DNA of 64,000 nucleotides from a virus, in the IMG/VR virus record IMGVR_UViG_3300023174_000077, positions 32,001 to 96,000 of that record; one strand, 5' to 3'. The number at the start of each line of letters is the position of its first letter. Within the stretch, counting starts at the first letter, position 1. This document shows, piece after piece, positions 30,437 to 39,967 of this stretch. The notes under the pieces were generated by a model. It did not search any database, was not told the DNA's origin, and saw only the letters and a program-made list of their open reading frames with translations. Both the position numbers and the translations under genes were made by a program.

Positions 30437-30470
30437 CTTGTTTAATAATAAATTAATATATACATTAAAA

Positions 30471-30502
30471 TTTGTTTATTCAATAAATTTTAATTATCTT
30501 TG
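30471..30502 (+). promoter_or_regulatory. Bacteroidota sigma70-type promoter
   Basis: TTTG-N20-TATCTTTG. Confidence 0.75.
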
Positions 30503-30516
30503 CACAAAGAAATATA

Positions 30517-31638
30517 ATGAGAAAATTAAGTAATTACAATTCTTTTTTAGAAACTAACAGGTTAAGCTATTATAGTTTTGACTGGGATGACAATATATTA
30601 CATATGTCAACTCCTATTCACATGGATAAATTAGTTGAAGGTATTTGGCAACCTTTATCTGTATCACCTGCAGAATTTGCCATAGTTCGTAATGATGTAA
30701 ATTATCGGAATAGAGATAATAACCCCTATAAAGCTTATGAAGAATTTAGAGATATGGGTCCAAGAGGCAATCAATCTTTTTTATTAGATGTGAAAACCGC
30801 TATTCAAGATTCTAAATTCGGCCCTTCATGGGATAAATTTATTCAATGTTTAGTTGAAGGTTCTATATTTGCTTTAGTAACGGCAAGAGGACATGAATAT
30901 CAAACACTTAAAAATGGTGTTAAATATATTATTGATAATTGTTTAACAAAAGAACAAGGTGACTTAATGTATAAAAATTGCCATAAGTTTTTAACTTATT
31001 TTGAGAATAAAACTATGGTAAGAGAAAATAATACCAATTTATCAAATACTAATTTAATAAACTATTATTTAGACAAATGTAAGTTTTATGGAGTTGGGTT
31101 TCCATTTTCTGCATCATTTAATAATGAATTTAAATTAGATCCTTCAATTAAAATCGAAGAAGCAAAGAAAATAGCATTAGAAAAGTTTTTGAATATTTGT
31201 AATAATTATGGATTAAAATCTAAAAAATATGTTTCGGTCGGATTTTCTGATGATGATAAGAAAAATGTAGAACATGTTAAAAAGTTTTTTGAATTTAAAT
31301 CTACTATTTATGAACATATGAAATTAAATGTGTATGATACATCTAATAAAGTATCACATAAAACAAGATTTGAAAATGGTATAACAGAAGATATGGGTCC
31401 TTCAATATCAGGAAAAGAAAATTCTCTTTTAAGATTTATGGGTCCGAATTCGATGCCAAATACTTTGCAAAATGCAACTAATGATTGGAGTCAACCAAAT
31501 TACACTTTATTACAAAAATCGAAAGTAGCAAACCTTTTAACAAAAGATTCTATAAAAAAGAAAGTAAAAAAGTTAAAAAAGAAAAATGCAAAACCTAAAG
31601 ATAACCTTAATACAACCAAACATAATTTGGGAAAATAA
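30517..31638 (+). CDS. HAD-like phage protein
   Basis: FDWDDNI, VTARGH, K, GFSDDD (HAD motifs I-IV). Confidence 0.7.
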   Translation: MRKLSNYNSFLETNRLSYYSFDWDDNILHMSTPIHMDKLVEGIWQPLSVSPAEFAIVRNDVNYRNRDNNPYKAYEEFRDMGPRGNQSFLLDVKTAIQDSKFGPSWDKFIQCLVEGSIFALVTARGHEYQTLKNGVKYIIDNCLTKEQGDLMYKNCHKFLTYFENKTMVRENNTNLSNTNLINYYLDKCKFYGVGFPFSASFNNEFKLDPSIKIEEAKKIALEKFLNICNNYGLKSKKYVSVGFSDDDKKNVEHVKKFFEFKSTIYEHMKLNVYDTSNKVSHKTRFENGITEDMGPSISGKENSLLRFMGPNSMPNTLQNATNDWSQPNYTLLQKSKVANLLTKDSIKKKVKKLKKKNAKPKDNLNTTKHNLGK

Positions 31639-32350
31639 AAAAGTTAATTTAACTAATTATGAAACTTATATAAATAATATAACATCCAAACCGGATGTTA
31701 TTATTTTGCCTGAAATGTTTTCAACAGGTTTTATAATGAAGCCAGAATTGGTAGAAAATATGAATGGTGATACTATTAATTGGATGAAAAATATAACCAA
31801 TAATAGTAATTCATATTTGATGGGTAGTTTAATTATTAAAGAATTAGATAATATATTTAATCGCTTTTTATGTATTAAAGGAGAATTAATTGAATTTTAT
31901 GATAAAAAACATTTATTTGCTTATGCTGGTGAAGATAAATGTTATACTGCTGGTAATCAGAGAAAAATAATTAATATAAATGGTTGGCGTATCTTATTAC
32001 AAATATGTTATGATTTAAGATTTCCTGTATTTTCAAGAAATCAAGATGACTATGATGTAATTGTATATGTTGCTAATTGGCCAGCTAAAAGAAGTTTAGC
32101 TTGGAAAACACTTTTACAAGCCAGAGCAATTGAAAATCAATCTTATGTCATTGGCGTTAATAGAGTTGGAATAGATGGTAATAATTTAGAATATACAGGT
32201 GATAGTAGTTTGATTTCACCCATAGGTGAAATCATTTGGACTTCTGAAGAAGAAGAAGTTATAGATTTAGAATTAGATGCAAATTTATTGCAACAAGTAA
32301 GAAATCAATTACCATTTTTAAAAGATAGAGATAATTTTGAAATAAAATAA
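31586..32350 (+). CDS. carbon-nitrogen hydrolase (YafV/Nit2-like omega-amidase)
   Basis: E-K-C triad: LPEMF, YDKKHLF, ICYDLRFP; ARAIENQ. Confidence 0.9.
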   Translation: MQNLKITLIQPNIIWENKKVNLTNYETYINNITSKPDVIILPEMFSTGFIMKPELVENMNGDTINWMKNITNNSNSYLMGSLIIKELDNIFNRFLCIKGELIEFYDKKHLFAYAGEDKCYTAGNQRKIININGWRILLQICYDLRFPVFSRNQDDYDVIVYVANWPAKRSLAWKTLLQARAIENQSYVIGVNRVGIDGNNLEYTGDSSLISPIGEIIWTSEEEEVIDLELDANLLQQVRNQLPFLKDRDNFEIK

Positions 32351-32371
32351 CCACTTATAATGTGGTTATTT
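32345..32371. terminator. bidirectional terminator between convergent genes
   Basis: AAATAACCAC-N7-GTGGTTATTT. Confidence 0.65.
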
Positions 32372-32372
32372 A

Positions 32373-32660
32373 TTAATCAATTTTATCATTATCTTCTTTT
32401 GCAACTTCATTTCCACTTGAAGCTATTTTATCGTCGGATTTTTTAAAAATACTTTCAGCCATATTAAATCCAAATAAACCAGCTACTACTAAAAGTAAGC
32501 CATCGAACATTGAATCAGGACATATCCATTTGCTATTACCAGCGGCTATAAATGCTAATGCAATGCAACTAAAAAGTGTGACTAAGCCAGCAAATCTCTT
32601 TGAACTAAGAGGACTATTTGCGCTTAATAGATCAAGAAAAAACTTTTTCATGTTAAACAA
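32373..32660 (-). CDS. two-TM membrane protein (holin-like)
   Basis: SSKR followed by two hydrophobic helices and a charged tail. Confidence 0.5.
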   Translation of the reverse strand: MFNMKKFFLDLLSANSPLSSKRFAGLVTLFSCIALAFIAAGNSKWICPDSMFDGLLLVVAGLFGFNMAESIFKKSDDKIASSGNEVAKEDNDKID

Positions 32661-32724
32661 TAATTTTTTATATGATATATATTATATAAAAAAATAAATT
32701 CATGGTAAGTGGATTAGTCAATAG

Positions 32725-33213
32725 ATGTTTAACAGAATTAAAGAAGATTTTTTAAAATTAAAGAAAATTTTTAAAGCAAAGAATGAACATTTTCTAAAAA
32801 CAGATTTTGTTTTTTATAAAAGGTGGAAATTATTAATAAAAATTTTAATTTTTTTTAATAAAAATTATGTGGCTTGTGAAATAGCTCGTAAAAAATTTAA
32901 AGTTCATAGAAATTTTATAGTTATCGGTTTAAAATGGAATGGTAAAAATGTTAAAAGAAGAGCCATTGGTTATGCAAAAGACTTTGTTAATTCAAATAGA
33001 GATGCAAAGTGCATTTATTGCGAAACAAAATTAACAGAGGAAAATGCCACAACTGATCATATAATACCAATTGCTTCCGGTGGTAATAATTGCAAAGTTA
33101 ATTTAATAGTATGTTGCCAGCCTTGCAATTCCGATAGAGGAACAACACCGTTTAAAAAATATCTAAAACAAAAAAATATAAAATATAAAAAAAGTAAATA
33201 TACTTTTATATAA
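32725..33213 (+). CDS. HNH endonuclease
   Basis: CIYC...TTDHIIPIASGG...NLIVCCQPCNSDRG. Confidence 0.85.
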   Translation: MFNRIKEDFLKLKKIFKAKNEHFLKTDFVFYKRWKLLIKILIFFNKNYVACEIARKKFKVHRNFIVIGLKWNGKNVKRRAIGYAKDFVNSNRDAKCIYCETKLTEENATTDHIIPIASGGNNCKVNLIVCCQPCNSDRGTTPFKKYLKQKNIKYKKSKYTFI

Positions 33214-33221
33214 AAAATGGA

Positions 33222-34379
33222 TTAATTTTTAATCCATTTTTTCTTTTCTCTTTTTGGAATCCATTTTAAATCATATATATCTTTGCTAAAAAAATTATCT
33301 AATTCTAATTTATTATACGGATTTTGGACTAAACCAGCCAATTTATTTAAATCTTTAACTTGCGATATTCTATACATTAATGAATATGGATCAGAAGATT
33401 TCTTTTTATCAACAATTTCTTCGAATAATTTTTTCCATAAGAATACTCTATAACCTGCTTTAATTTTTTCTTCTGATTTAGAAAATCCTGCTTCGTCATT
33501 ATCAAAAAAGTATTGTATATCTACATTATTATTTTCCAATAAACTCATATTTGTATTTACACCAACAACACCCACAGAATTTGGATAAAATAATGAATCT
33601 AAATAACCTTCAAATATAGTTATAGTTGATTCAAAATCAATATTTAATATATTAAAAAAAGAACTTAATTTATTGTAAATTAATAATTGATTTAAGTCAA
33701 CACCTTCAATTTCATCTTCTGTTATATTATTTACCCAACGATAAAGTGTTTCAAAATTATAAATTTTAAAACTTCTATATCTTCCTGATTTTAAATTTCT
33801 GGTTTGTATTCCTAGTATTTTATCATCTTTTCTATTTAATAAAACTATTACCCACTCATATTTATCTTCATTTAACCAATGTTTTGCTTGATAAATATTT
33901 TTTGACATGTTATCTGTGATGCCTCTATCTAATAGATAAGTATGTGCAAAACCGCCTTTAATGATAGGTTTAAACTCTGTCAATACTGAATTTCCAGAAT
34001 TAAATAATTTTTCTAAATCTGTAAGATTTAATAATTCGTCAAAATTAACTTCGGACATATCAGATTTATAATCTGATATGTTTACTGCATTTTTTAGGTA
34101 TTCAATCATTTCTAATTTCTTACCTGGATCTATCATTATTTGAAATCTTTTGCATAAAGAGTTTAATGATGATTTATGACCACAATTAAAACATTCAAAA
34201 TGTAATGAATTAAAAAATACATTACCTCTTTTCTTAGAAGCGGAACGGGCTGAGTCTCCACATATTGGACATGAAAAATTAAATCTATTATCATACACGA
34301 TAATATTTTTTCGGTTTGCTGAAGCGAAAGATTTATTTAGTATTTCTTGAACTAAAGTTTTTACATAATTTGTGTCCAT
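33222..34379 (-). CDS. DNA primase (T4 gp61-like)
   Basis: CPICGDS...CFNCG zinc finger; TOPRIM FEGYLDS, FFDNDEAG, KDLN. Confidence 0.9.
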   Translation of the reverse strand: MDTNYVKTLVQEILNKSFASANRKNIIVYDNRFNFSCPICGDSARSASKKRGNVFFNSLHFECFNCGHKSSLNSLCKRFQIMIDPGKKLEMIEYLKNAVNISDYKSDMSEVNFDELLNLTDLEKLFNSGNSVLTEFKPIIKGGFAHTYLLDRGITDNMSKNIYQAKHWLNEDKYEWVIVLLNRKDDKILGIQTRNLKSGRYRSFKIYNFETLYRWVNNITEDEIEGVDLNQLLIYNKLSSFFNILNIDFESTITIFEGYLDSLFYPNSVGVVGVNTNMSLLENNNVDIQYFFDNDEAGFSKSEEKIKAGYRVFLWKKLFEEIVDKKKSSDPYSLMYRISQVKDLNKLAGLVQNPYNKLELDNFFSKDIYDLKWIPKREKKKWIKN

Positions 34380-34431
34380 AGAAAATTATATAAGTAAATA
34401 AATCTAAGTTGAATAAAATATATATAGTTAT

Positions 34432-35682
34432 ATGAAATACTTAATAGATTTTACTGAAATAAATGAATTAAAAAAATCATTTACTTATATAGATAGAACT
34501 TCTACACCATATACTGAAAAGGGTGATTTAACACATTCTCGTTTTTCTGAATTTTCGTCAAAAAATAGTCAAGGATGGGAATTAATGGGTATGCAAGAAA
34601 TAGATAAAGACGGATATGAAATTAGTGACAAATATATAAAATTTGATAAATTCAGTTATGAATATAATTTATCCGAACCAGAAGTCAATATAGTTAAGCA
34701 TGTTATAACGGCTGCATTAGGTGAAATAGCAAATCAAAATTGGATAGATGCTTTTAAATTTGAATCTAATAAAGCTTATGCTACAATTTTATTGGGTAAA
34801 ATAGGATTTGTATTTATAAAAGATAATCAAAGTAAGTATTTCACACCAATTTTAAGATATCCTAAGGGCAGAGAAGGAAATACATTTTGGTTAAATGCTG
34901 AATTTGAAAAAGGTGAACAATGGGCTAAAACCGTTATTGTCACAAAACCAGATGTTTCCGATAATGAATTGGAACATAATGGTATAGCATTATTACAAGC
35001 AACTTATAGAAAATTATGGGAAACTGAAAACGAAAAAAGAAGAAGGGAAGAAAGACCTTTATTGCCTGAAACTGCAATTAAAAAAGTGAATGCAGCTGCT
35101 TTTGTTAAATCAAATACAATAATTAGAAATACAGGTGAAAAACAATTTTTTATAGTATACGTTCAAGGTTCAAAATATAACCCAATTGATTTTGCTAGAA
35201 AAGCTTGTGGTGCTAATATTGAATTAACTTCATATACAAGAATTCCAACCACATTACCAGCATCAACTAAAAAAGAAAAAGATTCAAAAAAGATAAATTA
35301 TTTTTATTTTGATCCAAATGATGATCCAAAAAATCAATATTTGTTAAATAAATATAAGAATGATCCAGCACAATTAAAAATAGTTAAAGCAAGTATTGAT
35401 AGATTAAAACTTATCTTATATAAGGATAACAAGACAGAAAAATTTAAATATGCAGTTTTAAAACGTCCTTTAATTACTAAAAAAAGTTATCCTTATAAAG
35501 AAATTGAAATAAGTGATCCTATGATAAAAGGAAAAGAAGTTAAATCAATCATTGAATTAAAATCTGGTGATAAATTAAGAATACCTGTTATTGATGAAAA
35601 AAATCCTGGTAGAATTACATTTAATGAAGTGACTATCGGGCCAATAGATTCTAAAGATAATAAAAGAGTATCTGTATATTAA
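34432..35682 (+). CDS. hypothetical protein, putative internal head protein
   Basis: MKYLIDFTEINE N-terminus, ATATATA upstream. Confidence 0.55.
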   Translation: MKYLIDFTEINELKKSFTYIDRTSTPYTEKGDLTHSRFSEFSSKNSQGWELMGMQEIDKDGYEISDKYIKFDKFSYEYNLSEPEVNIVKHVITAALGEIANQNWIDAFKFESNKAYATILLGKIGFVFIKDNQSKYFTPILRYPKGREGNTFWLNAEFEKGEQWAKTVIVTKPDVSDNELEHNGIALLQATYRKLWETENEKRRREERPLLPETAIKKVNAAAFVKSNTIIRNTGEKQFFIVYVQGSKYNPIDFARKACGANIELTSYTRIPTTLPASTKKEKDSKKINYFYFDPNDDPKNQYLLNKYKNDPAQLKIVKASIDRLKLILYKDNKTEKFKYAVLKRPLITKKSYPYKEIEISDPMIKGKEVKSIIELKSGDKLRIPVIDEKNPGRITFNEVTIGPIDSKDNKRVSVY

Positions 35683-36209
35683 TCCTTTAATATATCATTA
35701 ATTTTTTTATCACGCATATAAGCTGTTAAATTAAAATCAGGAAAATCATTAGCATATCTATTTTTATCTATTTTCATTACATTTTTGTAAATTGAGGCAT
35801 GAAAATCGCTTAATGAAATTAATTCAAAATTATATTTGTAAAATTTTTGTGTTCTAGTTAATTCAGTTTGATAAAAAAAATCTTTGATTATAACAGAATT
35901 ACCGTTGTTTAAACAAAAAGAGAATAATTCTCTAAATTTTTTATTATGAGAGTTTCTATCAAAAGATGCCGAATTTTTTTGTAAAAAAGTATTTAATTCT
36001 ATACAAAATATGCTATTTTGAAAATCAAAATTATTATATTCTCTAATAAATGGTTTAATGTTATGTTTAAGTATATCTTCTAATAAAAAATCAAACAATA
36101 ATTCATCAGTAAATGACATATTAAACATATATATACCACTATGTTTATCTAAATAATTTGCTATTTCTTTTGCTATATCCATAGTTAATTTTTCTTTTCT
36201 GTAAACCAA
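35679..36209 (-). CDS. hypothetical protein with C-terminal RDKKINDIL motif
   Basis: ORF track; motif shared with neighbouring mini-genes. Confidence 0.55.
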   Translation of the reverse strand: MVYRKEKLTMDIAKEIANYLDKHSGIYMFNMSFTDELLFDFLLEDILKHNIKPFIREYNNFDFQNSIFCIELNTFLQKNSASFDRNSHNKKFRELFSFCLNNGNSVIIKDFFYQTELTRTQKFYKYNFELISLSDFHASIYKNVMKIDKNRYANDFPDFNLTAYMRDKKINDILKD

Positions 36210-36469
36210 ATATCATTTGTATAATAATTCGAATATGTTGCTCCAAAATTAATATTTTCTTTCATACAAGTTTTATCCAAAAGTTTTTGAAGAGGGATAT
36301 CTTCTTTATAATTGAATATTAATTTTGATAATTCTTTCTCTGCATTTTTTGCACTTATATTACCAACTGGTATTGTAAATTTTATAATTTTTGGATTTTC
36401 TGAAATTATTTCAGATTTAATTTTCTTCTTCCAAAAAAAGTTTTTTAATTTTGTTAATAGTTTTTTCAT
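36185..36469 (-). CDS. mini-protein resembling a portal (gp20) fragment
   Basis: KFTIPVGNISAKNAEKELSKLIFNYKEDI...NDIWF vs gp20 VxYxDxGNxPxxKAxxxxxxxMxxxK...EDYW. Confidence 0.5.
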   Translation of the reverse strand: MKKLLTKLKNFFWKKKIKSEIISENPKIIKFTIPVGNISAKNAEKELSKLIFNYKEDIPLQKLLDKTCMKENINFGATYSNYYTNDIWFTEKKN

Positions 36470-36471
36470 AG

Positions 36472-36807
36472 TTATTTATACAATTGTTCCACAATATATT
36501 CAGAATACTCTATAGATGTATCTATTTGATTGCTAATATAGTTTATATAATACATACTATATTCAAAAGTTTTATATGCCTCTGTTTCTTCCATTTCTAA
36601 TGGTATATATTCTGTGTCGTTTAATATAGCATCAATTTTCCTATCTCTATTTATGATAGTCATTTCTCTTTCAACCTCACCCATAGTGGCTGGGTCTATG
36701 CTCATACTATATTTCCCAGTCATCCCATTTTTGGTTGTTAAAGTCTTCATCGGAATAGTCTTCTTCTTCATTTTCTTTTTGTTTTTTCTTTTGTAAAGAA
36801 CTACCAA
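36472..36807 (-). CDS. mini-protein with INRDRKIDAIL motif
   Basis: True start probably inside the overlap with the polymerase 3' end (for example MTGKY). Confidence 0.55.
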   Translation of the reverse strand: MVVLYKRKNKKKMKKKTIPMKTLTTKNGMTGKYSMSIDPATMGEVEREMTIINRDRKIDAILNDTEYIPLEMEETEAYKTFEYSMYYINYISNQIDTSIEYSEYIVEQLYK

Positions 36808-38255
36808 ATATATCTAATACAACAGAAAGTCGTTTTGTTATTTCTGGAAGTCCCAATGGTTCGATAATAGAATTAATTGGTGATAAAATACACTTATCAA
36901 ATTGTTCATCTAAATCAATTTCAGGAGCAAATTCAATAGGATAAGAACCACGATTAAATGCAAATACAGAATTCATTTTTTTATCTTTGCAGTAATAATA
37001 CTTAATTTTAGAACCTGATTTTAAAAATTCATATTTAAATTGTAAATCTTTATTTCTATGTAATAACCAATTATAATACGCTGATGCTTTTACTGCAAAA
37101 TGTGCTCCATTTACAAATACTAATTTATTTTTATCATCTAAAACTTTTTCATTATAATTAGAACAAGAAGATTGCATACTGATTTCATCAATCCGATCAG
37201 GTACACATAAATCAAATTCTTTTTTAAGATTTTTAACCAATTTGAGCAATTCACGAATGTTAAATGTATCTGGATGACTAAATAAATATTTAATGATGTC
37301 CACAATTTTATCTCTTGCAAAAGATGGAGTTGATCTTCTAACAAGTTCAACACCTTTTGGATAAATATAATTTAATCTTTCATATGGGATGCCATCTTCA
37401 AATACAATATGTTGAATATATTTCTTTTTAGCAATATAAATAACTGATTCGCTAATTCTTTCTAATTCAAAATCTTCTTTATTTGAAACGCCATAACTTT
37501 CAGCATATTCTTCTAAACATTTTTTGAAATATCCAGCATATCTATAATAGTCAAGACCATGTATAAAATCTAATTCATGAGCCCAATTCCATTTAAGTTT
37601 TTCTTCTAAATTATTATCTTTAATAAAAGTTTCAAAATTACGATTTTTAATCCATTTACCATCAACGATAAACATATCTATATCTTCAATATTTTGTATA
37701 TCTTCTAATTTAGAATAAACACCTAAACAATTTGGATTATCTGATGCAATTTCTTCTCTACCATGTAGAATTATATGAGCTTTTGTTATTTTATTTAAAT
37801 TGGAAAAGAAAAGATTTTTCCAATCTGAATGTGTAATAGCTGGTTTGAATGATACGAATAAACTATCAGTATCTGCATAAATACTAACTGGTTCTTTTTT
37901 TTCGTTAATTTGTTTTATATTTCTAATACAAATCTTTTTATGTAATTCGGTATCATTATGCCATTGATTATACCAATAATCTTCATTAACACGATTCATA
38001 GTTTTTGTTAAATCTCTACCTTGAGCCGTAATTGAAGAAGCCACATGATTATTAAACAAGACGAAATAGGACGCAGCGAAGGCGCCATATGATCCATTCA
38101 ATACTAATTTTAGTTTTATTACCCCCAACTAATTTTTTAGTTGGGGGTTAAAAAAGAGCGAGCTGTAAGGCATTATAATAATCTGCCTCTTTTTTCAACT
38201 CGCTCGCTTTATTTTTTAGTGACTCTAATTCAATTAATTTTTCTTCTTTTGTCAT
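36707..38255 (-). CDS. family B DNA polymerase, C-terminal subunit (gp43B-like), interrupted by a 43-nt coding gap
   Basis: 38255-38154 encodes MTKEEK...YYNALQLAL; 38110-36707 encodes KLVLNGSYG...ITAQGR...YADTDS...KKKY...KGVE..RRST; joining them restores motif B QxALKxxxNxxYG (predicted 501 aa). Confidence 0.85.
38111..38153 (-). other. 43-nt coding gap, candidate translational bypass element
   Basis: mRNA: CUU [UUU UAA CCCCCAACUAA AAAA UUAGUUGGGGG UAAUAAAA CUA] AAA; in-frame stop, 11-12 bp hairpin, Leu codons on both sides. Confidence 0.7.
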
Positions 38256-38329
38256 AGATATTGTATAGATTTTTGTTAAAAAGTTGTTAAAAAAGTCGTA
38301 GGGCGTTATGATAATTTTATATATAATAT

Positions 38330-39094
38330 ATGAAAGAAAATAAATATTATATTTATGCCTATTTAGATCCTTCTAAACCAATTCAAAAAACTTATGAAGA
38401 TTTTTCATTAATATATGAACCTTTTTATATAGGTAAAGGTAAAGAAGGTAGAAAATTAGTTCATTTAAAAGATTATAAATTAAAAAATAAAACGCATTTG
38501 TCTAATAAAATTTTAAGCATAAGGAATAATGGTTTAGAACCATTTATAGTGGAATTATATGATAATTTATCAGAAGAAGAGTCTTTAATTATTGAAAAAA
38601 ACTTAATTTCTATTATAGGTAGAAGAATACTAAAATCAGGTCCTCTTGTAAATATAACTGATGGTGGTGAGGGTGTTTCTGGGCTTAAACATACATTCGA
38701 ATCTAGAATTAAAATGTCAAATAAAGGCGAAAATCATCCAAATTGGAATAAGAAACTATCAGAAACAACTTGTAAGAAAATATCAGAAAAATTAAAATTA
38801 AATAATCCTATGAAAAATCCAGAAATTTCTGAAAAAGTAAGATTAAAAAATATAGGAAGAACTCCTTGGAATAAAGGTTTATCCACACCAAAAGATATTT
38901 GTAAAAAATTAAGCGATAAAAAAATAAAATATTTTAATATACAATTAATATCAAAGAAAGATAATACAATACAAACATTTTATAGTATATATGATGTTAT
39001 GTCTTTTTTAGGAAAATGCTATCGTTCAGTCTATTTATACCTTCAAAAAAACGAATCCAAAGATTATTTTATCAAATATGAAATAAAAAACTGA
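38330..39094 (+). CDS. GIY-YIG homing endonuclease, free-standing
   Basis: YYIYAYLDP...FYIGKGK..R, IEKNLI, LVNITDGGEG, NUMOD3-like NHPNWNKK, TPWNKG. Confidence 0.9.
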   Translation: MKENKYYIYAYLDPSKPIQKTYEDFSLIYEPFYIGKGKEGRKLVHLKDYKLKNKTHLSNKILSIRNNGLEPFIVELYDNLSEEESLIIEKNLISIIGRRILKSGPLVNITDGGEGVSGLKHTFESRIKMSNKGENHPNWNKKLSETTCKKISEKLKLNNPMKNPEISEKVRLKNIGRTPWNKGLSTPKDICKKLSDKKIKYFNIQLISKKDNTIQTFYSIYDVMSFLGKCYRSVYLYLQKNESKDYFIKYEIKN

Positions 39095-39097
39095 AAA

Positions 39098-39598
39098 TTA
39101 TTCGTGAAGATTGACTGGAGTTCTCATTTCAGTAATAGGTATTTCAACATTTTCAATTTCAAATAAGTCTTTTAAGGCAGATTGATAGTTGGTAAATAAA
39201 TTTAATTTTGTAAATTTGGATGAAATTTGCCATAATGGAGTTTTATTGTTATTTAATACTAAAGAATCAGAAGTCATATTTAAATTTTTGAATTTACCTT
39301 TTGGTGAAATATAACCTATTTTTTCTGGCATAATTAAATCTCCTAAATGTTGTTTTAAAATATAATAATTTCCAGTAAATAATACTTCATATTGATTATT
39401 TTCCCCAATTCTAATTTTTTCTATTATAGCCATGTAGATTTTTCTTTTACCATCTTCAAAAGGATTGCTTAAAATAAAAACACAACCACCTTTAATTGGA
39501 TCACTTGAAGCGATGTGCATTGGTTTAAATGGATGTTTTGATTTATAAAGATGTTTATAATTTTCGTTAAATATGTCGTAATTAATTAAATAATACAT
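39098..39598 (-). CDS. hypothetical protein, putative internal head protein
   Basis: MYYLINYDIFNE N-terminus, late-like promoter. Confidence 0.55.
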   Translation of the reverse strand: MYYLINYDIFNENYKHLYKSKHPFKPMHIASSDPIKGGCVFILSNPFEDGKRKIYMAIIEKIRIGENNQYEVLFTGNYYILKQHLGDLIMPEKIGYISPKGKFKNLNMTSDSLVLNNNKTPLWQISSKFTKLNLFTNYQSALKDLFEIENVEIPITEMRTPVNLHE

Positions 39599-39621
39599 AA
39601 AGTATATATTATAGATGAAAA

Positions 39622-39951
39622 TTAATCTTCTTTAGTTTTATCATCGTATTTAAAATCTAAATAAAATAATTTACCACTTGGGCCTGACATTGGTTTTTTT
39701 ATTGAGTTTAAATACTCTTTATATTCTTCTGTATCTTCTATTTTTAATTCTTCATAAGGATCATCAAATAGAATTGAATCTATTTTTCTATCCCTATTTA
39801 TTGCTATAACTTTATTTTTAGCAATTTCTAATAATTTGGAATCACCATCTGCAATTGTTGATGCTGCAACTTTCCTAACAATAGGTAATATACTTGAAAA
39901 TGAGCTATTTGTTGCGGTAAGTGTATTTGTCGGAGTATTTGATATTAGCAT
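39622..39951 (-). CDS. mini-protein: major-capsid N-terminal fragment with inserted NRDRKIDSIL module
   Basis: LPIVRKVAASTIAD-[insert]-PMSGPSGKLFYLDFKY vs gp23 VRRxxPxLIAxD..VQPMxxPTGxxFxLxxxY. Confidence 0.65.
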   Translation of the reverse strand: MLISNTPTNTLTATNSSFSSILPIVRKVAASTIADGDSKLLEIAKNKVIAINRDRKIDSILFDDPYEELKIEDTEEYKEYLNSIKKPMSGPSGKLFYLDFKYDDKTKED

Positions 39952-39967
39952 ATTCTGTTATACAATT

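Noticed and set aside
38111-38128. ORF-track start at TTG 38128 (MGVIKL)
   Set aside because: The codon is buried in the hairpin stem and would omit the QLAL half of motif B that is encoded just upstream.
38111-38153. Simple +1 frameshift at CUU UUU UAA
   Set aside because: The +1 frame meets UAG (38131-38129) before the polymerase body and would insert about 14 residues into the motif B helix.
38111-38153. Group I/II intron or intein in polB
   Set aside because: 43 nt is far too short for a ribozyme core, and the gap is not an open frame; protein-assisted micro-splicing is not excluded.
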